A stretch of DNA of 64,000 nt. Origin: Tubulanus polymorphus (Eukaryota > Animalia > Nemertea). The stretch covers positions 12,636,275-12,700,274 of the forward strand of contig NC_134032.1 of the NCBI RefSeq assembly GCF_964204645.1, read 5' to 3'. This document shows, piece after piece, positions 12,380 to 25,000 of this stretch; position 1 is the stretch's first letter, and each line of letters opens with the position of its first letter. Position numbers and translations under genes: made by a program. A model generated the notes under the pieces. That model searched no databases and was not told the DNA's origin. It worked only from the letters and a program-made list of their open reading frames with translations.

Positions 12380-15300
12380 ATGGACATGGATACGAGGTTT
12401 GAAATACTACTAGCAATCTTTTTATCATCGAAAGTTTTAGTTACAAAAGGAATAACGACGACACGAATTTCTTGTGAGCCTGGGACATTCTTGAATAATT
12501 CCGCTTCGCGTTGTGAGCCATGCCCGCCCGGTTACTTCTGTCTAACAAGTGCTATCGATCAACCATCCGGAATGTGCGCTCCAGGTATCAATAAAACTTT
12601 TATTTTCAGAAATGTATAAAATCCTAGGCTATCATACGTATGGACTCCGGCGAGTCCTATAGGTGTAGGCACGTAGTTAACTGAACGCATTTAAACATAT
12701 TATATTTGTCTTGTTCAGTTCTTCTTTCAAAATCCGAGCATCGAATATTTTGGACTACGCCTTAGAACTTTCTTGATTTTGCTTCCCTATAGCTTCCATG
12801 CTACGGCCTTCTCCACACGAAGTACTCAAATAGACAAGGCCCAGGTTAAGTCGTCGTATTTCGGGTTACGGAATGTAAGGCTAAACAAAAATGATTCCTT
12901 GTTTCTCCGCAGCGGCCGGGTCATTTTTGTAAAATATGATAAAATTTATAAACATTTCATTTCTATAGCGGCCGGGTCTGTTATGGTAAAATTGATCACG
13001 ATTTAAAAAAAAGTAATGTATAGGGTAGATAGGCGGCCGGCCGGGTCAACATTTAAGCTCAGCAGAGCGGAGAAACAAGGTATCAATTTTTTTTAGCCTA
13101 AAATTGTTTTTGGTCATTTTCTGGTCATTTTCATTTTAGGTTATTACTGTAAAGGTGGCGCTGTGACCGGGACCCCGACTGACGGTATAACGGGTAATAT
13201 GTGTGATAGAGGATACTACTGTCCGCGTGGCTCTGCTGGGCCGACCCCGTGCCCGACAGGGACGTTCGGAAGTCAAACCGCAGCATCGAAATGCGTGAAC
13301 TGTTCCAGCGATTCTTGCGTCACCGAGGATCGTAGCGAATGTAAACGTATGTATGCCTAGTTTAAATCATAAAAACGCCCCCAGGAATTTGAGTAGAAAA
13401 ACCCAAAACCAAAGTATAGTTTTTTTTAGGAGATAGCAACGTTTCAACCCAATTACTATGAGTTATGTTCGATATGGGTTACGTATGTCCGATAATGACG
13501 CATAGATATTGAGGCTATCGTATCGCTATCTAAATAAAAACGTTTTTAGTTTTTCTTTTTTTCTGTGTATTGGTTATCTTTTGTAAGACCCTCTTAGCCA
13601 AGTCCACAAAAGTAAAAGAAATAAACATCGCCTGGAATATTATCAACGGGACTCTTATGATCACAATTTTCGAGAGTCTTAAAAACTTTTCTGGTGGTCA
13701 ATGCATCATGAGGTTTTAGAGTCGTCTGGCTCTTCTCGTATCATTGTCAATCTGCAGTCTGGACCACCACGGTCTCTTCAGTGTGAAGTTTGGACGATCA
13801 TACTTTGAAAGTGCGCTGATAAATAATGCAGTAGTCCTATGATGTCATTAAAGTTGTCCATTTGAAGATTGGTCGATGGGTATTGGATCCAAGCTCAAAT
13901 TCTGTTGCAAATTGCCCGAAATCTCCAAATACCACAATCTCTTCAACAATTAAAAATTCAATTTACCATTCAAATATTCGTCTCTGTTTTTTCCAGCAAA
14001 CCAGCTCGTTGTCCCCGCAAACTCTCCGTTGGACGATGACCGTCGTCGGGTCATAGTCGCTTGCAACGGTGTCAAGACGCGCATTATGTGCTGCCCTGCA
14101 CCGGGCTACGATAGAATCATTTTTAGCCGGCAGATAAAGTCCATCTGGGAACCGTTTGATGACGGTCGATGGACGGGAGGAACCTACTATTTGAGTTCAA
14201 ATCGGCGCATTCTCGTCTTCCACAAATTGTTCCCATCCCTCACAAAAAATGATTACATGTGTACTGCTGCGGCAAGCGACTCTTCCAGGTCACTGAATGT
14301 GACGATTAAAATCAGCATTCAAGGTATCTATCCACCTCGATCAGGCGTTGGACATTTTTGAAATTACCACTTCGTTCAGATCTTTGATATCCCATAGCAG
14401 AGAATACGTAGCTCTTGAAGTATGGAACAACACCTTTTCAAGACATTGATATCTTCGTACATAGAACTCAAATCAAATTTATTTGAGTTCTATGCTTCGT
14501 AGCATTACATGCCCCCTTATATGGAAGTTTACCGAAAATTCCAATGTCTGGAGTTACGTGTTTTCAATTTAAAAATGTCTTGGGTGAAGTTCTGGACGAT
14601 GAAAGAAAACTATCAAAAGTTCCTAGCGCGAAATATCTTTTTTAGAATGTAAACCGGAAGCGTGCTCGTCAAACGACTCCGCATCAGTGCAGACGATGTT
14701 CACAGAGGGCAGCACCGATGCGAATGTAAACGTGAAAACCGGCAGCAATACGGAGATGATTTGCCAGGCGTCCAGATATCTGTGTCATGGCGGCGATAAT
14801 CTAGAGAAACTTGTGAATGATGCCGAAATGCGAGAACTGTGGACACCGTTCGAATTACAGTGGTTTAAACTGGATGAAAATGGTGAACGCGTGAAAATTG
14901 TTAATGTCGCAACTACCGAATCTATCTCGTAAGCATTTACATTTCTTAATTTTCAAATATACCCAATACAGTAGAGACTCCGAACTCAATAAACCACCCT
15001 CAAGTCTATTTCGGAGAGCTCCTTTTCCCTGCATCTCAACTCCGGTCTTCACAGTTCCAGCGTTACCGCCCGATAAGCGCAAGGTTGGAAGGTGTGCCCA
15101 CGAAGTTTGCTGGTACCCTATTCGGACCTTCTCATTTTCAAAACCCCTATGCATGTATATCCTGGTTTTTCTGAATATGGGTCTTGCTCACCAAAACTGT
15201 AAACATAAGTAAATGTAATTGTTTGTCGCCATATTTTTATGGTCTTTTAAATTTTGTCTTTTATCATTTGTTTCTAGTCAGAGTGAGATTAAATACACGG

Positions 15301-17454
15301 GCGATTTCAAATCTGTTTTACCTCTGCACGGAATAACAGCAGCCGATTTCGGAACCTACTTATGTGAGACACCTGACGGCCAGACCAGGAAATATCACCT
15401 TATTTCTAGCGATGGTTCGTTTGATTTTCTTTATACGTGCAGAAAACGACACATACGGAAACACAAAAAATAACGTGACGTAAATCACGCTGAGTGCTTC
15501 CTTCTGAATCTTGTATCGCAAGGACCTGGACCCGGTTACACAGTTTTGAGTTAGTGAGTTAAAGTTAGTTCATTTTCTATGAGTTTACTCAGAGTTAAAT
15601 CTTAACTCGGAACTATGGAACTGGATCCTGGACGCCAGGAGCCTGGATGACTAGTATCTTATTTGCTACTAGCGGCCTAATAGTTCAACCCCCTATACTT
15701 CCACCATTTGGGAAAAACATATATATCTCTAGGGGTGTACTCTTTTATCAGATAAGAGAATCCGTTTGCCTCCAATCGTCCTCTATGATTGGTTATGTGA
15801 CCTTTTGGAGAGTCCGATTTCGTGTGGAGCCAACCGGAGACTTCGGAGGTCATAAATTTTTATGCCCCTAGGGATATATAATTCATGAGACTTATATCAG
15901 GGTTACAGTTGCTTAAGAATGAATTTTATTGATTCCACAGTCGACAGGTCACCGTTCGCAGCGTTCGTTGTGATTCCCGTCGTTCTGATAACTGTTATAC
16001 TGATCGCCTGGTTCACCCGTATTGACATCCGATTGAAAAATTACATCAAAAATTACAACTTTACAGCAGGTAAAATCAGTGAATTAACTACTGATAAGGT
16101 CAAAACTCGGTAGATTCGAATGTTATTGATACTATTTTTTTTTTTCAAATTTTTAGACGGTGACTGTGATTTTTTCATACTTTGCTCTCAAACACTAATT
16201 GACAGTCAACTGGCCGTTGCTTTGTGTAAATATTTCGAGGCCCAGTTTGGTCATAAGATTTTCATCTTCGAAAGAGATGCAGAAGTTGGATTGTGTAAGT
16301 GTTGTATCATCGCTAAACGGAAACTTTTAGAAACTTTTAAAAACCCATTTGAAAATGGGCTAAAATCTAGAAAAATGTTCTGTAATTTGTTAGATGGTCA
16401 ATCATTCACTTGATAAATCTAACTGCATGTATTTTAGAAATTTCTTTGCTTGCGATCCTGATGGATCCTTGCTCGCTTCAAGTGGAATCCTCCATTGCTG
16501 CAATAGTTGATATCCCACAGCATACTAGCGCCACCTGGTGGATCCTTGCATGCCACAATTGGAATCCTTAAGCGTTGAAGGATCCCTTTGGATTCAGCTT
16601 CAACTCAAATATAGGCCTATATGTATGTATCGGTTCCTAAGCCGTATTCTTAGTTTTTTCTCAAATCCACTTTTCCAGATAAGAGTGAAAATCTGAGGCG
16701 AGGCATACTGTCGAGTAGACGGATTCTAGTGATATTGTCTCCCTATTTCGTGCAGGAGAGCTGGTCACGTGGTGCTCTAGAGGAAGCTAAACTATTCAAC
16801 AAACAAATATCGTTTTGCTACTTCGCACCGGAAGTGACACCTACGTGTGAGTTTCTGCAGACGGATAAAAGTCTAGCGGCCGATTTCGAACGTTGCGATC
16901 GTAAGGTCGTGTGGAGCCCGGAATACGCGCACTTTATTGATTTCCATCCGGGACCTTTACCTGCCACGGACAACTTCGAACAACTTTCGAACGGAGGAAG
17001 TATACTACCGTTGCGTTGTGTAACCGAGGTTAAGGTAGAGGTCACCACTTGCCGGCCATGTTGTCCGGTGGCATCGGTCGGGAATGATCTTCGTCAGAAA
17101 TTACGGACCTTGAGAATGATGCGAAATTTTCAGGTTTTCATGATTAAACTTCGAAGTTTTCTACCGAAATCAAAATCGATCAGCCGCCGCCGCTCAGGTC
17201 CTGGTAGTCCGTCGGTCTCATTGGACTCAAAATCCTCCAGCAGCAACCATCAACTGCTTATTTCACCAACAGTGTTATTGGACTCGAAATATAACAGTGA
17301 CCGCCAACCAGTAATATCGAACGCGAAATACAGCAATGACCGCCGGCCAGTCTTATCGAACGCGAAACGCAGCAATGACCGCCAACCAGTCTCTTCGTAC
17401 TCGAAATGCAGCAGGGACCACTTCCAACCAGCGTTAGCGGAATCTGCTACATGA
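12380..17454 (+). CDS. IL-1 receptor-like transmembrane protein: signal peptide, Cys-rich repeats, 2 Ig domains, TM, TIR; ~733 aa
   Basis: Eight phase-consistent exons: 12380-12584, 13140-13346, 13997-14323, 14646-14928, 15278-15414, 15941-16069, 16157-16294, 16679-17454. Cys-rich repeats CPPGYFC/CAPGYYC/CDRGYYCP. Ig F-strand-like motifs NDYMC and DFGTYLC, plus an LQWFK C-strand. TM segment FAAFVVIPVVLITVILIAWF. TIR motifs DFFILCS, KIFIFERDAEVG and SRRILVILSPYFVQESW. Confidence 0.85.
12879..13098 (+). mobile_element. 220-bp PIF/Harbinger (Tourist-like) MITE, copy 1, in intron 1 of the TIR receptor
   Basis: TIR GGCTAAA..AAAATGAT.CCTTGTTTCTCCGC, TAA target duplication, nearly identical to the copies at 21038 and 21844. 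Confidence 0.88.
17278..17436 (+). repeat. Coding 39-bp (13-aa) tandem repeat in the cytoplasmic tail of the TIR receptor
   Basis: LDSKYNSDRQPVI / SNAKYSNDRRPVL / SNAKRSNDRQPVS / SYSKCSRDHFQPAL. Confidence 0.8.
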
Positions 17455-19091
17455 TTATTACACTGTTTCGATATTTCAAGTGTCTACGCATGATTCGCGT
17501 GGCCAGTTTTGCCGAGAGGATATGAGATTTGGGCAAAGCGGTTGGTTGCAAAGCAAAAATCTGGCGTGGTCCAAAATGGCTGTGAAATAGATGTATTTTA
17601 AGATACCGGAATATATTTTGTCTGTATTTGTTGTACATTTTGACGTAATTCACATTGATTCTATCTAGGTACAATATGTGTCGTCTACTGCCGAAATTAT
17701 TCACCATTAAAATGTCGGTGTTTTAGTATACATATTTCATCCAAAAGTTCAATACTTCATCAATACTTTTATATATGCAGTTAACACCCGCTACACCACC
17801 CCCGCCCGTGTGTTTTTTTTAATGAACGCAACATCTGTACTTTGTATCGGAACCAGTCCAAACTAACCTACGATTGTCATACTCTCTCCATACCACCAAA
17901 ATTCAGAATTCTAAACGGGTGTTGGCGGTTTATCGGCCGTTGACTGTTTACATTCATATCTACCTGTATTTTGTAATTTACGATATTAAATTTACACGAC
18001 GAGATTGTCCTTTATTCGTATATTTGATAAATAAAGATTCTCAATGAATCGATTCAAACAATATGCATCCTGTTAAGTTTACAAACGGCTATGACGTCAC
18101 CGCGAATCGCGGCGGGTGTGCCACCTATTAGTGGTTTGGTTAACTAACCATTCGTTGAACTACCTAGCAAGCACATCGGTTATGGGGCCATGATCGATGA
18201 TGAAATCTCTACACGAAAGTCACCACATTCTAAGAATTTTCTTTTGATTGACTCAACTATGGACTCTGGGAGTCAACGTTTGAATCAATAATCGTTACAT
18301 TATTTAACACAGCTAAACGTTGGCAGATGGGGAAAACCCGATGATAAAAATGTATGCGAGAGATCGCCTACAGTGCGATAATCTATTTATTGATGCAAAC
18401 AAAAACAAACAAAAAACACAATAATTACCACATTTCATAAATTCCCCTATGTTTATATCGTGGGGAAATGTGTGCGAACTGTCAGAAAATGAAATATGTA
18501 TGTTTTCCAGAGATCGGCGGTGACGACAGCTTGTGCACTCGGTTTCAAAGAGGATTATCCGCGAACGGTTTGAAATCCTAACAACTGTCAGCGATTTGTT
18601 GTTTTCGTCGGCTTACGATTGGCGCATTATCATGATGCGTTTGACATTCAAAAATATTGGCGCAAAGACTAGACTTTCTACTGCCGCTGATTTAAAACAG
18701 GCTTCCCGCGGTGCTGGTTATCAGAGTCGGTGATACCGTGGTCGGTATTTTAGGTGTGGATGAAAATGAAATTGAAGCCGTGCGATGTGGATGGCACCGT
18801 AACACGTTTGACATCAATTGCGGGAGCACAAAATAAAGCACAATAGTTTTTTTTTTTAATTTGAATTGACGAATGACTTTTATTACTCCTTACCACAGCG
18901 GGGATTGTTTAGACGTAGCCCGCATTATCCTGTTACTGGAAGCTATCATCCAAAATGGCGCCCTCGAAACTCTCCGAAAGTCGGATTCTATTCGCGATCG
19001 GAATTTACGCAGAAAGTACTCCCAGATTTAGATCCGTTTCACCACGATTAGGGAGGGGGGTCTAGCTATAACAGCGTTGATGAAAGTTCGT

Positions 19092-20141
19092 TCAATAGCG
19101 ATCAAGCTGACGATTCGATACGTTAGACCCGGATGAATCGCTATTATAAGAATGAAATAAGTATCCGACACTTCGATCGAGCCAACCTTTCAGAACTGCC
19201 CTCACCTCTTTGCTCGTTCCGATATAGATGAACACGTTGACGCTGAAATTCACATCCATGAGAAAGTTGGTGACTGGTCGGATCACGTTTATCGGGCTAT
19301 CGGGTCGTATTGCGATCGATATAAATACGCACGCATTCGGGATGAGGCATACGACGAAGGTGATCGTAACCACTAACAAGAGTTTAGTCACCTGACGGAC
19401 TTGGCGTTTGTGTATCTTCCCGGCCACGGTGACTCTTCTTCTCGTGAGCGAAACCATGATCATAGCATTGCAGGTTATGATAATCAACAACGGGCAAAAC
19501 ATGGCCAGCGTTATCGCTTTCAGCGTGTGCGACTTCTTCGAAGCCTTGTCGCTAACGCATCCCAGACCATCCACGTAGAAATGTCTGAACGGCGGAAAGA
19601 GGCTGTCGATGTGGATGAAAACGCCCGCCATAACGGTACATAATGTGACGATGATGGCATTTTTTCGGCTGTACAAGAACCTACCAACAATCGGAAAGCA
19701 AACGACGATCAAACGCTCGACGCTTAATATGGTCACCAGCCAACTGCTCTCGACCATCAGTAAGTAACAGGCGTACATCGTTATGCGACAGGTGTAAACG
19801 TTAGTAATTCGAATGGTAATTCGCCCGGTTACCAAAACCGACACCAGATTTATCCAGAATATCAGTCGGGTGACGATGTTGCCCAAGTCGCAAACGGATA
19901 GCGCCGTCAGGTACACCGAATACGTGTGCTTCCTCATTCTTTGGCTGGTCATGATCATCAACGCCAGCGGATTGCTTATCAGTCCTAAAACGATGATGAT
20001 TAGAGTGGTCACAAAATGAAACCATAGTTTCCACGGCGCTCCGTTGACGTAGGTGACCGGCTGTATGAACAGATATTCATAAACCATAGCGTAACCTAAC
20101 GCACCAGTCAAATTCCCTGTATCGTTATGCGTCGATACCAT
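19092..20141 (-). CDS. Intronless rhodopsin-family (class A) GPCR of the peptide-receptor-like type (FMRFamide/GPR139-like clades), 349 aa
   Basis: Seven hydrophobic segments. GLISN (TM1), YLTALSVCD (TM2), Cys at the top of TM3, LSVERLIVVCFP (DRY changed to ERL), FVVCLIP (TM6), NFSVNVFIY (NPxxY variant). N-terminal N-glycosylation sequons NDT and NLT. Confidence 0.93.
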   Translation of the reverse strand: MVSTHNDTGNLTGALGYAMVYEYLFIQPVTYVNGAPWKLWFHFVTTLIIIVLGLISNPLALMIMTSQRMRKHTYSVYLTALSVCDLGNIVTRLIFWINLVSVLVTGRITIRITNVYTCRITMYACYLLMVESSWLVTILSVERLIVVCFPIVGRFLYSRKNAIIVTLCTVMAGVFIHIDSLFPPFRHFYVDGLGCVSDKASKKSHTLKAITLAMFCPLLIIITCNAMIMVSLTRRRVTVAGKIHKRQVRQVTKLLLVVTITFVVCLIPNACVFISIAIRPDSPINVIRPVTNFLMDVNFSVNVFIYIGTSKEVRAVLKGWLDRSVGYLFHSYNSDSSGSNVSNRQLDRY

Positions 20142-21037
20142 TTTTTCTTGATCTATACTGCTAATATATGTTGCCTATTTAAACACTTGTTTGGTATATC
20201 AGAAAATACCTTTACACGTCCGATCAAAATGTTGAAATGATTTATTTCATCAGAACTTTTGATACTTATATATAAAGGTGTAGTCCGGCAGTGATGTCTC
20301 ATTTAACACCTGGCCACGTGTAATTACTATTTCACTCCTCCGCTTTGTGTTGATGGAAAGTACTAATTTACTCTAAATTTAATGTAGATATCTAGAAACG
20401 GAAATAATTTATCACCTCAACCTTGTATCTGACACCTTTTCCCGAAGTGTTGATGAAGGGTGTGCTCCGGTTAAAGAAATTTCGTTGGTTTGTACCGGAA
20501 GACAGAAACCTCTGACGCAGACGATTTGGAGTGTTTTCAAGTATCTCAATTTCAAGTATTTCTATACAAGCGCCCCTCCCCCTCCCCCGTTCTAACAGAC
20601 ACGACCTTACACATGTTTTCGACAGGCATTCGCCATCCTAGGTCGTCAAGAAATCGTCGATTGCTGTGCGCTATAACTCCTTGTAGAATAGACGTGATGC
20701 AGAAAAGGCAACAACAAAGATTGAAACCCATTACCAAAAAACTTAAAGTATCAGATTTATTACCAAGAATTAAAACCAAATGACGAATAACCAAATAATG
20801 AAAAATTCTTTTTAAACTGAGGGTAGCAAATTATGTAACTGTGAAAAAATAGATGTGATCAATTGAAGTTTGTGAATATCAAGCAGTTTTGGAATATCCG
20901 CGAGAGATCGGCGAGATTTGCTCGAGCCAATAAAGGTTCTAAATTCGAAATACAAGCGTTCCCCCTTGGAATATTGCAAATGTGAATGTACAAGACAGAA
21001 GTAAAGATTTTTAACACACATGTGCATAAGATACTTA

Positions 21038-21258
21038 GGCTAAAAAAAAATTGATACCTTGTTTCTCCGCTCTGCTGAGCTTAAATGTTGACCCGGCCGG
21101 CCGCCTTTCTAGCCTATACATTACTTATTTTAAAATCGTGATCAATTTTACCATAACAGACCCGGCCGCTATAGAAATGAACTGTTTATAAATTTTATCA
21201 TATTGTACAAAAATGACCCGGCCGCTGCGGAGAAACAAGGTATCATTTTTGTTTAGCC
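21038..21258 (-). mobile_element. 220-bp PIF/Harbinger MITE, copy 2
   Basis: Reverse complement of the 12879 element, with a TTA target duplication on both sides. Confidence 0.88.
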
Positions 21259-21843
21259 TTAGCTAGATTTTTTTCCGCGAGACAAGAAAATATTTTGGTG
21301 AATAACCACTTTTGAATAGTGAAGGTCTAACAGTCGTTTCTCCGATGGGCCGCTCGCCAGGAATCGGCTGATCGTTTTTTTCTCTAGAAATTAATTACAG
21401 TTAATTTAATGAACTACTCAAGCATTTCTCATCGTAACTCCTTGATTGAATTATACCAATATAACGCTTGAGTATACACAAATTAACACCACAAAAACAG
21501 ACTCTAAATTGTGGATACGTCATCGGATCATACGTTATGCGCGGGCGACACTTCAAACGCCGTCCTGTGGAGAGGTTAATGAACAATCCGAACGATAGTC
21601 TTGCGCGGAGACAATAACAATAACAAAAACAAACAATACGACACTTTTTGGGTGTACAATAGAGGCTTGGTCCTACATTGGGGCAGCTGGGTCTTAATTT
21701 CAAAAACTTCCTCAGAATATACATGAAAAATGAGGTTTTAGTATTACCGTGTATTCTATAAACGATTTCTTCGTTTAATAGTCCGCAGTATATGTTGCGC
21801 GTTGAAAGTATGGTGGATCTTTTCACAGATGCTGAACTGGTTA

Positions 21844-22062
21844 GGCTAAACAAAAATGATACCTTGTTTCTCCGCAGCGGCCGGGTCATTTTTGTAAAAT
21901 ATGATAAAATTTATAAACAGTTCATTTCTATAGCGGCCGGGTCTGTTATGGTAAAATTGATCACGATTTTAAAAAAGTAATGTATAGGGTAGATAGGCGG
22001 CCGGCCGGGTCAACATTTAAGCTCAGCAGAGCGGAGAAACAAGGTATCAATTTTTTTTAGCC
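21844..22062 (+). mobile_element. 220-bp PIF/Harbinger MITE, copy 3
   Basis: Near-identical to the 12879 element, with a TTA target duplication. Confidence 0.88.
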
Positions 22063-25000
22063 TTAACCTTGAGGATAGTACGTCTGAAGACGACGTACAG
22101 TCGTTTGAGTAGCTCTACGACACGATTCATGCATGCACCACTGGCAGGTCTTCAGCAAACTGGCCGGAGAAAATGTCGGAGAAAAGATTGCCAAAGATTG
22201 CCAGCACCCGCAGTCGGTCCCCCATCGAGGACAATCGTAAATATCAACACGTCTCCCCAAGACATCCCGGCCAATGTGTGGTATAAGCTGTTTCAGTGCG
22301 GGATTCTCAGTTTAGAAAAAAATTAAAATTAATTCATGAGTTCATTAATTCATTTTCTAAGGGCAGATTTAGGGGGGTGGACCGGATGGTTTGGTCCACC
22401 CCCTTCAAAATTCGAATGTGCCCTCCAAAAAGGCTGAAAAAATTTTAAAAAGACTAAAATAAACAAGAAAAGCCCCTCTGATTGTCCTGGATATTCTGTG
22501 GGAGGGCTAGAAGAGCCCCTACCGATGTATTTTGCAGCCCTCGCATTGCCAAATCTGCCCTTTCAAATTAGGTGCCCTTTCCAATTTAAGGGTCACCCCT
22601 TTCAAAGAATCCTAGATCCGCCCTTGTTTTCAATGAGTTGACTCTACAAAGTACGTATCCGCACTCCTCGGGAAGTTAAATCTTCTCCTGTACAGCAACT
22701 AGCCTACATCAGTAGATATGGGATCTTCGAAAAATTTAAAGCCCGTTTTTTCAGTGTTAAAAATTTAGAGCTTTTTTCACAATTTTGGGAAAATTATTTT
22801 AGTTTCTTTTTAGTGCGACGCCGGATGTGTCTGTTCTTGATAAGGCTGCCCGGAGGTTTCGACCGCACGTCATGGTGCTCCGGCGTCACTACTCGTGAAC
22901 TGGCTTCTCGGGTGCTTATGTCATGTTTCAGCTTCGAACGACACTCACAGTGACCTTGCGTCTTATCGTCAACAACTCTAGCGCGTGTACTTTAGATGAA
23001 CCCTGGCTGATAACCGTGGTGCGTAGACACCGTTTGATGCTAAATATAAAACTGATCGAGGCAAACACTATAACGACTCCCGGCGACCCGACGCCTTCTT
23101 AGACTTCTTTTGTGATGATATAAATAGCTGAACCGGATACCATCCTACATTCCATAGATGCGTCGCATGGAAAGGGCCTTTGAATATTTGTTTTTCACGG
23201 GGATATTCATACGTTTATACGTAATAGCGCTGCGTCTGTGGCGGCGGCGGCACACGCTCGGTCCTGCGCTGTATGTGCCATTGTGAGCTGGTGAGTAGCG
23301 AGTAATCGCGCGTTGTCAGATTTACACTCCGGCACCGTCTGCCAGAGGCTTCGAGTCCGTCTAGTGCTGAAACTACAATATGGATATCGTGTTGTTTATT
23401 GTCGGATTTATAATAATACTGATTGCTGAGAATTACGCGAAAGAATACACTAACAGACCCGGTAAGAAATTGCATAGCCATATGAGAAGAGTGCATTGTG
23501 AACACCAACGTAAACAGTTGTTGCGGTTGAAATATTTTCCTCCCATAGACCTATGAATTTTATACTCCAAAATTCCATCTCCAGTCGAATATATTTTCAT
23601 CATCTTTTAAAAATTCGATTTAAGCGTAGGCGATTGTATAGTATTAGAAAGTACACGAGTTTCTTGCATGAGACCCGCCAAGACAAACAACAACGAACTA
23701 CAATGTAGAACTTTCCAGTCTAGGGGATCCCTAGTTAGTTACCTAATCGTTGGTGGTAAGCTTTTTATAATCGGAAGGGCTTATGTGGTTTGTGAAAATA
23801 TCCGATCGTGAAACTAAACCACAGTCAGGTCACTGACTAAGGGAATCCCCGTAGGACAGTACAGGGAAGGGCATCTAGAATGATGACCAACGGATGCTAG
23901 TTGTCAGTTAATGCCATTCGATTGTCTACAATGCCTATAAAGTAATACTTAAATTATCGTATGTATTATACTTTCATTACTAATGGTTTCATAATGTGGT
24001 TTATACTGTAGTAGCCTACGGTACGCTGTACATAACAGTGTGTATTGCGTATATGCGCGAGCTTTTAGTCTATGCTAGATATTATCTGGTCTACTTTTAA
24101 TTGGTGTATATGTATACATCTGCATTAACTATTTTCATTACACACAGTTAACAGAAATGGAATATCTGGGCCAATGGGACAAGAAATTCACTAGACTATT
24201 GGCTACGTAGAAAGTTTTGGCCGCCAATGTCCAAAAATTCTCAAAGGTATAGATTGGAATAGACGTCTCAAGGCTTATCCAAGTTGTTATTTGTTCCATT
24301 GATCAATGTCGTCACCAGCAATATCAATCAAATCATATCGCGTTTATATCAATGTTGTTTCATCAAAAGTGTCCATACGCTGGTAAGTTTGCGGATCTTT
24401 GTTGAAAGCGTTTGCCATACCACCAGTTTCACAATCCCTGCAAGGATTGCTAGATATATTGGCTGTCTCCCACCGAAGCTCACGCCAACTTTGAACCTTT
24501 GGAGGGAAAAATGTTCCGTAGGAGAGTCTCGCGATGCCATCCGGTTGAACTAGTCAGTAAGTTAGGATTGGTGTGTTTCCAGAGACATCAAGAAGTTGAA
24601 TCTCGTACCAGAGACTGTCACGGTGACCCAGTCCCAGTAAAACCCCCTCTCGTAGCCAGAACAACTCTCGTTTAAGCGCCCATGCTGCTTTGGTAGTATC
24701 GGCGATACGGTCTCGCATCTCGACCGCGGAAGTGCACTTTCCAAAACAAATAACATTGAACTACGAGCAATTATAATAGCATTGAATAAGTGGTTCAGCT
24801 GAACAATATTGGTTGAAAGGTTCTGCGTTCCGAAGTGCCGTGTGCGTCGCTGGTTTCGTAGTAAACAAAACAATCCAGAAATCAATTAACCCTATACGAG
24901 ACACAATACGTGTATTGCGCAGAGCGAATTACTAGAATTCTCACGTGGTAATTTCGTATTCAAGAGTCAAAGATATAAATACACAATGAAACATCGTTAT

